Below, one piece after another: positions 1 to 9,985 of a stretch of DNA of 64,000 nt. Source of the DNA: an uncultured Chloroflexia bacterium (lineage in GTDB: Bacteria > Chloroflexota > Limnocylindria > Limnocylindrales > CSP1-4); NCBI GenBank assembly GCA_963795645.1, contig CAWCIK010000008.1, positions 157 through 64,156 on the forward strand, read 5' to 3'. The notes under the pieces were generated by a model that had not been told where the DNA came from, made no database searches, and saw nothing but the letters and a program-made list of their open reading frames with translations. How positions within the stretch are numbered: position 1 is the stretch's first letter; each line of letters opens with the position of its first letter. The translations under genes were made by a program, and so were the position numbers.

Positions 1-1062
1 CCCGATCGTCCGGCCGCGGATCTCGTCGGACACGATGCGCTGGAGCAGCGTGGTGGACACGATTTCCAGCAGCAGTGCTCCACCAGCCGCCATCGCCATA
101 CCGAGCAACGCGACGGTGAATATCTCGACCTGCGCCAGAACGACCAAGCCGACGGCGACCAAAGCCGCTCCAGCGAGTAGGGGCGGCCCAAGCCGGCGCC
201 GGAGCACAAGGGCGCCCGCGACGAGTGCACCGACTAATCCACCCACACCGATCGCGGAGTTCAGCAGCCCCGTGCCAGCTTCGCCGACGTCGTACACGTC
301 GACTGCCAGGACGACGGTGATAACGCCCAGGCCGCCGAACACAAAGCCGGTGGCAATGTTGATCAGGGCCAGCCCTGCCAATGGGCGGGCTATCGCCCGG
401 TAGACCGCGCGCAAGCCCGTCTTCGCGGATCCTCCCGTCGCGTCCGCATCCGGATCCGAGCTGGGGGTCGCGTGCCCCGGCGGCAGTCGGACCAGGACGA
501 GAGCGACGAAGCCAAAGGTCAGCGCGTTGAGCAGGAACGCGACGCCGAGCGAACCGATCCCGAGCAGCAGTGCCCCGAAAGCCGGGCCGATGAAGAATGC
601 GAGGTTGTCCAGGCTCGACCAGGCGCTGTTCGCCGGACCGAGCTCCAATTCATCGCGCACCAAGGTGGGCAGATATGCGCCGATTGCCGGTGAAAAGAAG
701 GCCGAGAAACAGGTCGCGATGACGGCCAGGATGATGACGATTGCCACCGGCAGGCCGGCGAACACGACCGCAGCGATGACGATCATGAGCAGGCCGCGGA
801 TGATGTCCGTGGTCAGCAGCACCAGCCGGCGATCGAAGCGGTCGGCGACGATGCCGGCAGGAATGGACAGGATGATGTAGGGCAGGATCCGGGCGGCGCC
901 GACTATGCCCAGAACGAGTGGATCGTTCGACAGGTCCCAGATGAGGACGAGCAGCGCGACCAGGTAGAGCCAGTCCCCGATCGATGAGACGAATTCGCCC
1001 AATAGGAGACGCGATAGCGGCCCGTTGCGGAGCACGCGGCGGTAGGAATCGATCACTCCCAT
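1..1062 (-). CDS. MFS transporter (partial; its 3' end lies beyond the left window edge)
   Basis: Own minus-strand translation from the ATG at 1062-1060: MGVIDSYRRVLRNGPLSRLLLGEFVSSIGDWLYLVALLVLIWDL...IPAGIVADRFDRRLVLL... It shows successive hydrophobic helices and the D-R-x-x-R-R loop after TM2 typical of MFS. The frame stays open to base 1, so it is missing from the ORF track. Confidence 0.75.
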   Translation of the reverse strand, partial: MGVIDSYRRVLRNGPLSRLLLGEFVSSIGDWLYLVALLVLIWDLSNDPLVLGIVGAARILPYIILSIPAGIVADRFDRRLVLLTTDIIRGLLMIVIAAVVFAGLPVAIVIILAVIATCFSAFFSPAIGAYLPTLVRDELELGPANSAWSSLDNLAFFIGPAFGALLLGIGSLGVAFLLNALTFGFVALVLVRLPPGHATPSSDPDADATGGSAKTGLRAVYRAIARPLAGLALINIATGFVFGGLGVITVVLAVDVYDVGEAGTGLLNSAIGVGGLVGALVAGALVLRRRLGPPLLAGAALVAVGLVVLAQVEIFTVALLGMAMAAGGALLLEIVSTTLLQRIVSDEIRGRTIG

Positions 1063-1385
1063 CGGCGGCCACCATTTCGCGCGTGGGCATCGGTCACGGT
1101 GTCGGCCACTTTACAGTCGTCGTGTCAGGCCGCGCATTGCCGTTCTACGGGGAAAACGCGATGCTGCGCGTTATGAACCGCAATTCCCCGAGTCAGCCGG
1201 GCAAGACCGACGGTCTCGACACCGAAGGTCACCGCCTGGTCGTGCTCGACCGCCCGAGCGGGCGCAAGCCCGCGCACATGGCAGAGCAGCGCAGCGAGCT
1301 GCGGCTGCGAGGCCGAGCGAAGGAATCGCGGTCGAACAAGCCGGATCGCTATTAACGTAGGGTCACACGGAGAAGGAGCGGAACA

Positions 1386-1580
1386 ATGGCCGAGGAAGAC
1401 ACCAAGCCCCAGGGTGGCGAAGAGCAGGACCAGGACAAGGATGTCGAAGGTCACAACATCTTCGCAACCCAGGACTACTACGTGCAGCGGAACATCGACC
1501 GCCGCAACGATATCGACCGCGACGTTCGCGAGCGCCAGCGCGCGAAGGAAGCGGAGGACAAGAAGAAGAACCGCCGCTAG
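1386..1580 (+). CDS. Small highly charged hypothetical protein (64 aa, E/D/K/R rich)
   Basis: ORF with a GAAGGAG Shine-Dalgarno 7 nt upstream of the ATG, followed by a strong hairpin terminator. No family recognised. Confidence 0.5.
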   Translation: MAEEDTKPQGGEEQDQDKDVEGHNIFATQDYYVQRNIDRRNDIDRDVRERQRAKEAEDKKKNRR

Positions 1581-1597
1581 TCGGCGCGCCTGTTAAG

Positions 1598-1630
1598 AGA
1601 CCGGCGTCCATCGGGGATGGGCGCCGGTCT
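1598..1630. terminator. Bidirectional intrinsic-terminator-like hairpin between convergent genes
   Basis: agaccggcgtccatc-ggg-gatgggcgccggtct gives 14 of 15 bp pairing, followed by tttcc on the plus strand. It sits between the stops at 1580 (+) and 1653 (-). Confidence 0.6.
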
Positions 1631-1652
1631 TTCCTTGTCTGGCCGCAGGCGA

Positions 1653-2060
1653 CTAGGAGTTCTCCTCGGAGCCGCCGTCCTCTGATTCGTCCGCTGAGGA
1701 GTCGGCGAAATCGTTCTTGCGCCGCAGGTCGTCGGCGATCGTCTTGGACCGTGTAGCGACGCGCTGACCGAACTGGTCGGTGGCATCGGCGGCCTTGCGC
1801 GCCAGCGGACCGGCCTTGGCACCGGCGACTGCCGCGAGCTCGGCGGCCTTGGCTGCGACCTCGCGCATCACCGGCCCGGCCTGATAGCTGACGTTGTCGA
1901 TCATCTGCTGAAGCTGAGTCAGCATCTCGCGGCCAGCGGGCGCCTTTGGATGCTCGTCCGGCTCCGGCGCTGCCGAAGAACTCGCGTTTTCGTCTGTTTC
2001 GGGGCCATTCGGCTGTCCGGACTCGTTTGGTTGATTGAAGTCAGTGTTGTGCTCGTCCAT
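1653..2060 (-). CDS. Hypothetical acidic protein (135 aa) with an Ala-rich helical core and acidic tails
   Basis: ORF track; ...VMREVAAKAAELAAVAGAKAGPLARKAADATDQFGQRV... flanked by D/E/S-rich ends. No family recognised and no strong SD. Confidence 0.45.
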   Translation of the reverse strand: MDEHNTDFNQPNESGQPNGPETDENASSSAAPEPDEHPKAPAGREMLTQLQQMIDNVSYQAGPVMREVAAKAAELAAVAGAKAGPLARKAADATDQFGQRVATRSKTIADDLRRKNDFADSSADESEDGGSEENS

Positions 2061-2112
2061 CGGTGAATTCTATGTAGCGAGCCAAGATGACGGCAAAGCC
2101 GCATGGTGACGA

Positions 2113-4335
2113 TCAGTGGCGGAAGTGGCGCGTACCCGTGAGGACCATCGTGCCGCCCGCATTGTCAACCGCTGCGATCGCCTCGACGTCCCGTTGCGAG
2201 CCACCCGGCTGTGCGAACGCGGTAACGCCCGCGACGAGGCATACCTCGACCGCGTCAGGGAACGGGTAGAAGGCGTCCGATGCACAAACCGCTCCCCTGG
2301 CCCGCTCAGCCCCGGCCTTGGCTACGGCCAGCCTGGCGCTGTCCACGCGGCTCGCCTGGCCGGCCCCGACGCCGACGAGAGAGTGGCCACTGGCGAGGAC
2401 GATTGCGTTCGACTTGACGTGGCGGCACACTCGCCAGGCGAACTCGAGTCCCTCGCGCTCTTGGTCCGTGGGCTGTCGCTGACTGGCGACGCGCCAGCGG
2501 GCCGGGTCGTCGCCGGCAACATCAGCGTCGGTTGCCAGGAGCGCGCCACCGGCGCTGCGGAACTCGAGGCCGGGCACTGGCGGTGCGCCGAGCCCTGGGT
2601 CAAGGACGACGCGCATGTTCGGCCGGCGAGCGAGGATCTCGAGCGCTTCCTGCTCAACGGCCGGTGCCACGACGACCTCGAGGAAGATGCGTACGAGGCG
2701 GTCGGCCAGGGCCGCGTCGATGGGCCGGGTAACGGCCACGACGCCGCCGAAGGCGCTGACCGGATCGCCCGCGAGGGCCAGCTCCCACGCCGTGATCGGA
2801 TCGGCCGCCTCCGCGGCGCCGCACGGATTGGCGTGCTTGATCACCGCACAGGCGACGCCGCGCAGGTCACGTGCGAGACCGGCCGCCGCGGCGGCGTCGA
2901 GGATGTTGTTGTAGGAAAGCGGCTTGCCCTGGACGACGAGTGCGCCGTTGCTGAATGTGCCCGGCGCAACGTCCGCGCCCGAGACGCGGTACAGGGCCGC
3001 CGCCTGGTGCGGGTTCTCGCCGTAGCGCAGCGACTGCACGCGTTCCAGCTCGAGCGTGAAGGTAGCCGGCAGCTCCCCGGCCGTACCTGACTCCGCAGCC
3101 TCCTCACTGACCACCGGACGCCGCGACCACCAGCGCCGGCCGAGTTCCTGAGCGATATGCGCGTCGTAGCCGGCCGTCAGCCGGAACGCGGCACCGGCCA
3201 GCTCGCGGCGCATCCCGGTGGTCAGACCCTTGCCGTGACCGAGTTCGAGCAACACGGCGTCGTACTGGGCCGGATCGGTGACGATGCCCACACTGGCATG
3301 GTTCTTGGCTGCCGCGCGTACGAGTGTCGGTCCGCCGATGTCGATCTGCTCGATCAGCTCGTCCTCAGTCGTGTCGGGGCGCGCGGCCGCCTCGGCGAAT
3401 GGATACAGGTTGACCACGACCAGCTCGAATGGCTCGATCAGTTGCGCGGCGAGCTGCTCGCGATGGTCGGGCAGGCGCATGTCGGCCAGCACACCAGCGG
3501 CGATACGCGGATGAAGCGTCTTGACGCGGCCGTCGAGCATCTCCGGGAAGCCGGTCACGTCTGCGACTTCGGTCACGTCGATGCCCGCCTTGCGCAACGC
3601 CTTTGCCGTTCCGCCGGTTGAGACGATCTCGAAGCCGATGCCCGCGAGGCGGGTGGCAAACGAAGCGAGCGCGACCTTGTCGGAGACCGAGATGAGCGCC
3701 CGGCGTGGCCGGGGAGCTTCGTCCGCGCGCTGCCAATCGATTTCGACATTCGTCCCGCGCACGGAGATCGCGCCGGCCGCGGCGAGGGCGACCATCCGCG
3801 GCAGAAGCCTGTGCTCGACCGCATGCAACCGCTCGAGGAGCGTCTGCTCCGTGTCGCTCGCGCCGATCGGGATTGCCTCCTGGGCCACGATCGGCCCGCC
3901 GTCCAGCTTCTCGTCGACGAGATGGACGGTGACGCCGGTGACGCGAGAGCCGGCAGCGAGAGCGTCGCGAACGGGATGCGCGCCCGGGAAAGCCGGCAAC
4001 AGGCTGGGATGTACGTTCAGGATGTGGCCGCGAAACCGTTCGAGAGTGTGCGGGCCGAGCACGCGCATGAACCCGGCCAGGACGACCCAGTCGGCTTTTG
4101 CCTCCTCAAGCGCATCGGCTACCGCATCGTCCCACGCACCGCGGTCGGCGAAGGCGGCTGGATCAAGCACAGTGGTGGCGAGCCGCTCGTCTGCCGCCAG
4201 TCCCATCGCATCGCACGGTCTATCGCCCAGGACCAGCGCGATCTCTGCGCCGAGCAGGCCGCGTCGCTCGTCCCTGCGCAACGCGCGCAGGTTCGTCCCG
4301 ACGCCCGAGACGCAGACCGCGATTCGACCGCTCAC
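2113..4335 (-). CDS. purH: Fused GAR transformylase (PurN) / AICAR transformylase-IMP cyclohydrolase (PurH), 740 aa
   Basis: About the first 200 aa are PurN-like (IAVCVSGVGTNLRAL..., ILNVHPSLLPAFPG, HLVDEKLDGGPIV). The rest is PurH-like (RRALISVSDKVALASFATRLAGIGFEIVSTGGTAKAL..., GRVKTLHP, VVVNLYPF, IDIGGPTLVRAAAKNH, ...TRHFRH end). It is a single uninterrupted ORF, and its GTG start overlaps the purM stop (GTGA). Confidence 0.9.
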   Translation of the reverse strand: MSGRIAVCVSGVGTNLRALRRDERRGLLGAEIALVLGDRPCDAMGLAADERLATTVLDPAAFADRGAWDDAVADALEEAKADWVVLAGFMRVLGPHTLERFRGHILNVHPSLLPAFPGAHPVRDALAAGSRVTGVTVHLVDEKLDGGPIVAQEAIPIGASDTEQTLLERLHAVEHRLLPRMVALAAAGAISVRGTNVEIDWQRADEAPRPRRALISVSDKVALASFATRLAGIGFEIVSTGGTAKALRKAGIDVTEVADVTGFPEMLDGRVKTLHPRIAAGVLADMRLPDHREQLAAQLIEPFELVVVNLYPFAEAAARPDTTEDELIEQIDIGGPTLVRAAAKNHASVGIVTDPAQYDAVLLELGHGKGLTTGMRRELAGAAFRLTAGYDAHIAQELGRRWWSRRPVVSEEAAESGTAGELPATFTLELERVQSLRYGENPHQAAALYRVSGADVAPGTFSNGALVVQGKPLSYNNILDAAAAAGLARDLRGVACAVIKHANPCGAAEAADPITAWELALAGDPVSAFGGVVAVTRPIDAALADRLVRIFLEVVVAPAVEQEALEILARRPNMRVVLDPGLGAPPVPGLEFRSAGGALLATDADVAGDDPARWRVASQRQPTDQEREGLEFAWRVCRHVKSNAIVLASGHSLVGVGAGQASRVDSARLAVAKAGAERARGAVCASDAFYPFPDAVEVCLVAGVTAFAQPGGSQRDVEAIAAVDNAGGTMVLTGTRHFRH

Positions 4336-5333
4336 GCCTCTACGTATCGCTTGCCGTCATGAAGCGTGGCCTGCTCGACGCGGCCGATCTGCCATGCCTC
4401 GATACCGTGGCGCGCCAACGCCGCGACGGCAGCCTCGGCCGCGGCCGGCTCGACGACCGCGGCAAAGCCGATGCCGCAATTGAAGATCGCGCGCATCTCG
4501 GCACCTGAAACGCCTGCTCCCTTCGAGATGGACTCGAAGATGGTCGGCGCTGGCCAGCTGGCGGTGTCGACCACGGCCGCCATGTCGGCGCCGATCGCGC
4601 GTGGCAGGTTGCGCGCCAGGCCGCCACCGGTGATGTGGGCGAGACCGCCGATGCGCTGGCGCCGGTCACGCAGCTCGCCGACGAGCGCGAGCACGGCCGG
4701 CGCATATAGGCGCGTCGGCGTCAGCAACTCGTCGTTCAAGGTCAGCTGTCCACTTCCGATCAGCTTGCGCACGAGTGAGTATCCGTTCGAGTGGAGGCCC
4801 GAGCTGGCCAGGCCGATGATCACGTCGCCCGGCCGAGACAGACGCGCGTCGATCAGCTCGTCACGCTCGGCGAAGCCGACGCAAAAGCCGGCCATGTCGA
4901 ACTCGTCATCGGCCATGACGCCGGGGTGCTCCGCGGTCTCCCCGCCAATGAGCGCACAGCCAATCGTGGCGCACGCATCGCCGATGCTGCCGACGATCTG
5001 GGCGATGCGCTCGGGATGCAGGCGGCCGACCGCGACATAGTCGAGGAAGAAGGCGGGCGACGCGCCGTGGCAGACGACGTCGTCGGCACACATCGCGACC
5101 AGGTCCTGCCCGATCGTGTCAAAGCGTCCCAGGAGGCGCGCGATCTCGGTCTTGGTGCCCACGCCGTCGGTCGAGCTGACCAACACCGGCCGGCGCATGC
5201 CCGCGGGAACCTCGAACATGGCGCCGAACTCACCGGCCAGTCCGGTGCGGGCAAGGTGGTCGCGGAACAGCTCCACGGCGCGTTCTCCGGCCGTGACATC
5301 GACGCCGGCATCCGCATAGGCCGTCTCTGCCAT
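4332..5333 (-). CDS. purM: Phosphoribosylformylglycinamidine cyclo-ligase (AIR synthetase)
   Basis: MAETAYADAGVDVTAGERAV...STDGVGTK...DLVAMCADDV...GGETAEHPG... is typical PurM; position in the pur operon supports it. Confidence 0.95.
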   Translation of the reverse strand: MAETAYADAGVDVTAGERAVELFRDHLARTGLAGEFGAMFEVPAGMRRPVLVSSTDGVGTKTEIARLLGRFDTIGQDLVAMCADDVVCHGASPAFFLDYVAVGRLHPERIAQIVGSIGDACATIGCALIGGETAEHPGVMADDEFDMAGFCVGFAERDELIDARLSRPGDVIIGLASSGLHSNGYSLVRKLIGSGQLTLNDELLTPTRLYAPAVLALVGELRDRRQRIGGLAHITGGGLARNLPRAIGADMAAVVDTASWPAPTIFESISKGAGVSGAEMRAIFNCGIGFAAVVEPAAAEAAVAALARHGIEAWQIGRVEQATLHDGKRYVEA

Positions 5334-6745
5334 CAGCTGGTCGTCACGAGCGGTTCCCGTTCGAGCAGGAACTTGTGGTTCTCAACGTCGTAGGGCACTG
5401 GCACCGGGTAGTTGCCGTCGAAGCAGGCAAAGCAGAAGCGCTCGCGCGGCAGGTCGAGCGCCTGCAGGACGCCCCCGATCGACAGATAGGCCAGCGAGTC
5501 TGCGTCGACGAAGTCGCGGATCTCGTCGAGCGACTTGGACGCCGCGATCAGCTCGGTCTCGATCTGCGTGTCTATGCCGTAGAAGCAAGGATTGAAGATC
5601 GGTGGCGCGCTGATGCGAAGGTGCACCTCGCGTGCACCCGCTCGGCGCAGCAGGCCGACGATCTGGCGCGTCGTGGTTCCGCGCACGATCGAGTCGTCGA
5701 CCACGATTAGGCGGCGCCCGCGCACCTGTTCGCGCAGGGCGCTCAGCTTGACCGTCACGCCGCGCTGGCGAAGCCCGTTCGACGGCTGGATGAAGGTGCG
5801 GCCGGCGTATCTGTTGCGGACCATTCCTTCGCGATACGGGATGCCAATGGCCTCGGCGTAGCCGGCAGCCGCGGGTGCGCCAGTGTCGGGCACCGGCATT
5901 ACCAGGTCAGCCTCTACGGGAGCTTCCAGGGCGAGCTGCTCGCCCATCCGTCGACGCGCCTCGTAGAGATTGCGACCAAGCATGTACGAGTCTGGCCTGG
6001 CGAAGTAGATCAGCTCGAACACGCACAGCTGCTCGCGTCCTTCCGCGAAGCGGACCGAACGCGGCTGATCGCCGTCGCCCAGCACGACCATCTCGCCGGG
6101 CTCCACGTCACGGACGAACTCCGCGCCGAGCACGTCGAGCGCCGCCGTCTCCGACGCGAGGCACCAGGCCGCTCCATCGGGCGTGGGCAGCGTGCCCAGG
6201 ACCAGCGGTCGAAAGCCATATGGGTCGCGCACGCCGATCACATGCGACTCGTCCATGACCACCAGCGAGTACGCGCCGGACACGCGCGGCAGGAGCCGTT
6301 GCAGGGCCGTTACCGTGTCGTCCGCCACCTCCATCGCCAGCAGGGCCGTGAGCAGGTCCGTGTCCGTCGTTCCGACAAGCCGCGCCTTGCCGCCGGGCAG
6401 CTGCTCGAGCAGCTCCGCGGTGTTGACGAGGTTGCCGTTGTGGCCGACGGCGACCGTCCGCTGTGAGCCCATTCGCAGCGTTGGCTGGCTGTTCTCCCAG
6501 ATCGTCGAGCCGGTCGTCGAGTAGCGGCAGTGGGCGATGGCAAGATCGCCGCGCAGTGACTGAAGACGGCGCTCGTCGAGCACCTGATCGACCAGGCCAA
6601 GCTCCTTGTAGACCATCACGCCACGCCCATCGCTGACGCCCAGGCCGGCCGACTCCTGACCGCGATGCTGGAGCGCGAAGAGGGCAAGTGCCGCCAATCC
6701 AGCCGCGTCCTGGCCCGGGGCGTGGATGCCGACTACGCCGCACAT
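5333..6745 (-). CDS. purF: Amidophosphoribosyltransferase
   Basis: MCGVVGIHA...ALQHRGQESAGL (N-terminal Cys glutaminase), PRTase motif LIVVDDSIVRGTT, and C-terminal Cys ligands. Confidence 0.95.
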   Translation of the reverse strand: MCGVVGIHAPGQDAAGLAALALFALQHRGQESAGLGVSDGRGVMVYKELGLVDQVLDERRLQSLRGDLAIAHCRYSTTGSTIWENSQPTLRMGSQRTVAVGHNGNLVNTAELLEQLPGGKARLVGTTDTDLLTALLAMEVADDTVTALQRLLPRVSGAYSLVVMDESHVIGVRDPYGFRPLVLGTLPTPDGAAWCLASETAALDVLGAEFVRDVEPGEMVVLGDGDQPRSVRFAEGREQLCVFELIYFARPDSYMLGRNLYEARRRMGEQLALEAPVEADLVMPVPDTGAPAAAGYAEAIGIPYREGMVRNRYAGRTFIQPSNGLRQRGVTVKLSALREQVRGRRLIVVDDSIVRGTTTRQIVGLLRRAGAREVHLRISAPPIFNPCFYGIDTQIETELIAASKSLDEIRDFVDADSLAYLSIGGVLQALDLPRERFCFACFDGNYPVPVPYDVENHKFLLEREPLVTTS

Positions 6746-6747
6746 CG

Positions 6748-9057
6748 CTAAGCCACCGTCCCCATCACCTGTGGCAGTGCGCCATTCCAGGCACGGCGCA
6801 GCTGATCGAGCGATACATCGAGCTCGTCCGCAACGCCGGCGCCGCGCTCCTCAGCGGCGCCGGTCGCACCGACACCCACCAGCCTGATGAGCAGGCGCTT
6901 TCCGCCCACGACGCCGAGACGCCTGGCCGCGATGCGCCGGCTCGCGGCCAGCCGCGCGAGCGTGTTCCAGCTCGTCTCTTCGATCGTCACGACCGCGCGG
7001 CTCGGGCTCTCGCCAAAGAGCGAAACGGCCGGCGCGAGAGGGACCTGGAGCTGGAGCTCGGCGCCGAGCCCGGACCATATTGCGCACTCAGCGACGGCGA
7101 CGGCCAGACCGCCCGAGCTGATGTCCTGGGCCGACTTGAGCACGTGATCCGCGGATGCGACGCGGAGCAGCTCCTGGAGCGCGGCTTCACGCGCGAAATC
7201 GAGCGACGGCGGACGGTCGTCCGGCGCCGCACCGGCGAGCCGCTCGTATGCGGAGCCGGCCATCCCCGGGCCTGTCTCACCGAGCAGGACGATTACGTCG
7301 CCCTCCTGTCCGAACTGTGGGCGAACGAGATCGTCTATGTCGTCGAGCAAGCCAACGACACCGATCTGTGCGGTAGGTGCGATCCGCCCGAGCGGAGATT
7401 CGTTGTACAGGCTGACGTTGCCTCCGGTTACGGGAATGCCCAGGGCGAGGGCGGCCTCGGCCAGGCCGCGGACCGACTCGGACAGCTGCCAGTAGGCCTC
7501 AGAGTTGTTCGGGTCGCCGAAATTCAGGCAGTTGGTCAGCCCCAGCGGGCGGGCGCCGGCGATGCTCACGTTGCGCGAGCATTCGGCGAGAGCGAGGGCG
7601 GCGCCGAGAGCCGGGTCGTAATGGGCGACTGATGGCTGCGAATCGGTCGCAATCACGAGCGCCCGGCGCGAGCCCTTGATACGCAGCACCGCCGCAACGT
7701 GCTCGCAGCCTTCGATCGTGTCGGCGCCCACGGTCTGGTCGTACTGCGTCGTGACCCAGGCGCGGCTGCCCAGGTTGGGATGGCCGATCAGCGCCTCGAG
7801 GACCGCGCCCGGATCCATGCCCCGTTCCGGCAGCCCGTCGTGGGCAAAGGCAGTTTGGCCCGGCGCCGGCGCGAGCCGGCGCCGGGTCGGCGGGGCCGCG
7901 ATGTGAGCCTGTTCGGGAACGTCCGCGGCCAGCGCCGCCGCGGGCATGCGCGCGATCTCGGCCAGGCCGTCGACGACGACGACGTCGCCATCGTCGGTGA
8001 TCTCGCCAACGACGGCGGCGCTCAGGCCCCAGCGCTTCACGACCTCGACGACGTCGGTCAGCCGATCGGGACGGACGATCGCGAGCATGCGCTCCTGGGA
8101 TTCGCTGATCATGACCTCGAACGGCTGCATGTCCTGTTCGCGCAGCGGCACGGCGCGCAGATCCACGCGGATGCCGGTGCCACCGCGGGCCGCCACCTCC
8201 GACGTGGCGCATGTCAGGCCGCCTGCGCCAAGGTCCTGCATGCCTTCGACGAGGCCACCCTGGATCAGCTCGAGCGTTGCCTCGATCAGCAGCTTGCCGG
8301 CGAACGGGTCGCCGATCTGGACGCTCGGGCGCATCGCGGCCGAGCCCTCGTCGAAGTTCGCGCTGGCAAGCACCGACGCCCCACCGATCCCGTCTCGGCC
8401 GGTATGCGATCCGTACAGCACCGCGAGCGAGCCGGGAGTTGGTGCGATGGCCCGGGCGATGTTGTCCGCGGCCAGTACGCCCACGCACATGACGTTTACG
8501 AGCGGGTTACCCGTGTACGTCGGGTCGAAGGTCAGCTCGCCCCCGACGGTCGGCACTCCGACGCAGTTTCCGTAGCCGCCCACGCCATGGACGACGCCCT
8601 CGACCAGCCGCCGCGTCGCACGGTCGTCGGGCCAGCCGAACTTGAGCGCGTCGAGCAGGGCCACCGGCCGGGCGCCCATGGCGACGATGTCGCGCAGGAT
8701 GCCGCCGACGCCGGTCGCAGCACCCTGGTAAGGCTCGACGGCACTCGGGTGGTTGTGTGATTCGATCTTGAACGCCACGGCGAGACCGTCGCCGATGGCG
8801 ACCACGCCAGCGTTGTCGCCGGGGCCGGCGAGCACGTCGCTGCCGGCGGTGGGCAGCGTGCGCAGCAGCCGCTTCGAGCTCTTGTACGAGCAGTGCTCGC
8901 TCCACATGACGCTGAACATCGCCAGCTCGAGATCGTTTGGCTGCCGATCAAGCAGCTCCACGATCGCCGCGAGCTCTGAGTCGGTCACGCCCAGCCGCCG
9001 GTGCAGAGGCACGCCGACGTTGCGCTCGGGCGCCTGGGGCTGTTCGGCCACCGTCAC
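6748..9057 (-). CDS. purL: Phosphoribosylformylglycinamidine synthase subunit PurL
   Basis: ...MFSVMWSEHCSYKSSK...DNAGVV...FKIESHNHPSAVEPYQGAATGVGGILRD... The track ORF starts at 9108. I prefer the GTG at 9057, which overlaps the purQ stop (GTGA). Confidence 0.93.
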   Translation of the reverse strand: MTVAEQPQAPERNVGVPLHRRLGVTDSELAAIVELLDRQPNDLELAMFSVMWSEHCSYKSSKRLLRTLPTAGSDVLAGPGDNAGVVAIGDGLAVAFKIESHNHPSAVEPYQGAATGVGGILRDIVAMGARPVALLDALKFGWPDDRATRRLVEGVVHGVGGYGNCVGVPTVGGELTFDPTYTGNPLVNVMCVGVLAADNIARAIAPTPGSLAVLYGSHTGRDGIGGASVLASANFDEGSAAMRPSVQIGDPFAGKLLIEATLELIQGGLVEGMQDLGAGGLTCATSEVAARGGTGIRVDLRAVPLREQDMQPFEVMISESQERMLAIVRPDRLTDVVEVVKRWGLSAAVVGEITDDGDVVVVDGLAEIARMPAAALAADVPEQAHIAAPPTRRRLAPAPGQTAFAHDGLPERGMDPGAVLEALIGHPNLGSRAWVTTQYDQTVGADTIEGCEHVAAVLRIKGSRRALVIATDSQPSVAHYDPALGAALALAECSRNVSIAGARPLGLTNCLNFGDPNNSEAYWQLSESVRGLAEAALALGIPVTGGNVSLYNESPLGRIAPTAQIGVVGLLDDIDDLVRPQFGQEGDVIVLLGETGPGMAGSAYERLAGAAPDDRPPSLDFAREAALQELLRVASADHVLKSAQDISSGGLAVAVAECAIWSGLGAELQLQVPLAPAVSLFGESPSRAVVTIEETSWNTLARLAASRRIAARRLGVVGGKRLLIRLVGVGATGAAEERGAGVADELDVSLDQLRRAWNGALPQVMGTVA

Positions 9058-9740
9058 GCCGCGGCCTCGACGCGCGCCATGCTCTCGACCAGCGAGCGCA
9101 TCAGCCACATGCCGTCATCCGAGCCCAGCAGCCGCTCGCTGGCGCGCTCAGGGTGAGGCATCAGGCCGCACACCCGGCCGGCCGCGTCGATCACTCCTGC
9201 GATGTCGCGTGCCGACCCATTGGGGTTGCCCTCGGGCCCTGCGTAGCGAAACACGACGCGGCCCGCCGCCTCCAGGGCATCGAGGTCTTCGTCGGGCAGC
9301 CAGTAGTTGCCCTCGCCGTGGGCGATGGGCATGCGCAACAGCGCACCGTCCGGTACGCGCCACGTGAACGGCGTTGCGCGATTGTCCACGGCCAGCCTCA
9401 CCCAGCGATGCTCGAAGCGAAGCGTGCCGTTACGGCGCAGCACGCCGGGCAGCAGACCAGCCTCGGTCAACACCTGGAAGCCATTGCAGATGCCGAGCAC
9501 TAGACCGCCGCGCGCGGCGTGGTCGCGAACCGCGGCCATGATCGGGCTGAAGCGAGCGATGGCGCCGGCGCGCAGGTAGTCGCCGTGGGCGAAGCCGCCG
9601 GGCAGGATGACCGCATCTGCGCCGCGCAGATCGGGCGTCTCGTGCCATAGCAGCTCAGCCTCGGCACCAGCGAGTCGCGCGGCATGGAGTGCGTCACGAT
9701 CGCAATTTGAGCCGGGGAAAACGACGACGCCGACCCTCAC
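9054..9740 (-). CDS. purQ: Phosphoribosylformylglycinamidine synthase glutaminase subunit PurQ
   Basis: MRVGVVVFPGSNCDRD...LGICNGFQ...PIAHGEGNY... is a class I glutamine amidotransferase triad context. Confidence 0.95.
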   Translation of the reverse strand: MRVGVVVFPGSNCDRDALHAARLAGAEAELLWHETPDLRGADAVILPGGFAHGDYLRAGAIARFSPIMAAVRDHAARGGLVLGICNGFQVLTEAGLLPGVLRRNGTLRFEHRWVRLAVDNRATPFTWRVPDGALLRMPIAHGEGNYWLPDEDLDALEAAGRVVFRYAGPEGNPNGSARDIAGVIDAAGRVCGLMPHPERASERLLGSDDGMWLMRSLVESMARVEAAA

Positions 9741-9985
9741 AGCGCGCTGATCTCCCAGCGCTCGATGAGTGGGTTGGCCAGGAAGTCGGCCGCCAGCGCG
9801 TCAACCGTGGCCTGCGCGCTGGCCTCCGAATCGGCCTCGACGGTCAGCTCGACGCGCCGTCCCACACGTACCTCGTGGACGTTGTCGGCGTGCAGCTGGG
9901 GCAACGCGGCCTCGACCGCCTTGCCGGCAGGATCGAGTATCCCCTCGCGCGGCATGATCGAGACGCTGAACCGAAACGCGGCCAT
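9737..9985 (-). CDS. purS: Phosphoribosylformylglycinamidine synthase subunit PurS
   Basis: An 82-aa ORF between purC and purQ; ...ILDPAGKAVEAAL... and ...ANPLIE... match the PurS pattern. Confidence 0.9.
   Translation of the reverse strand: MAAFRFSVSIMPREGILDPAGKAVEAALPQLHADNVHEVRVGRRVELTVEADSEASAQATVDALAADFLANPLIERWEISAL

Noticed and set aside
984-1454. ORFs 984-1355 (+) and 1125-1454 (-) in the gap between the MFS gene and the small charged ORF
   Set aside because: There are no motifs and no SD/start pairing. The minus ORF is largely the hydrophobic mirror of the charged 1386-1580 ORF, which does have a strong SD.
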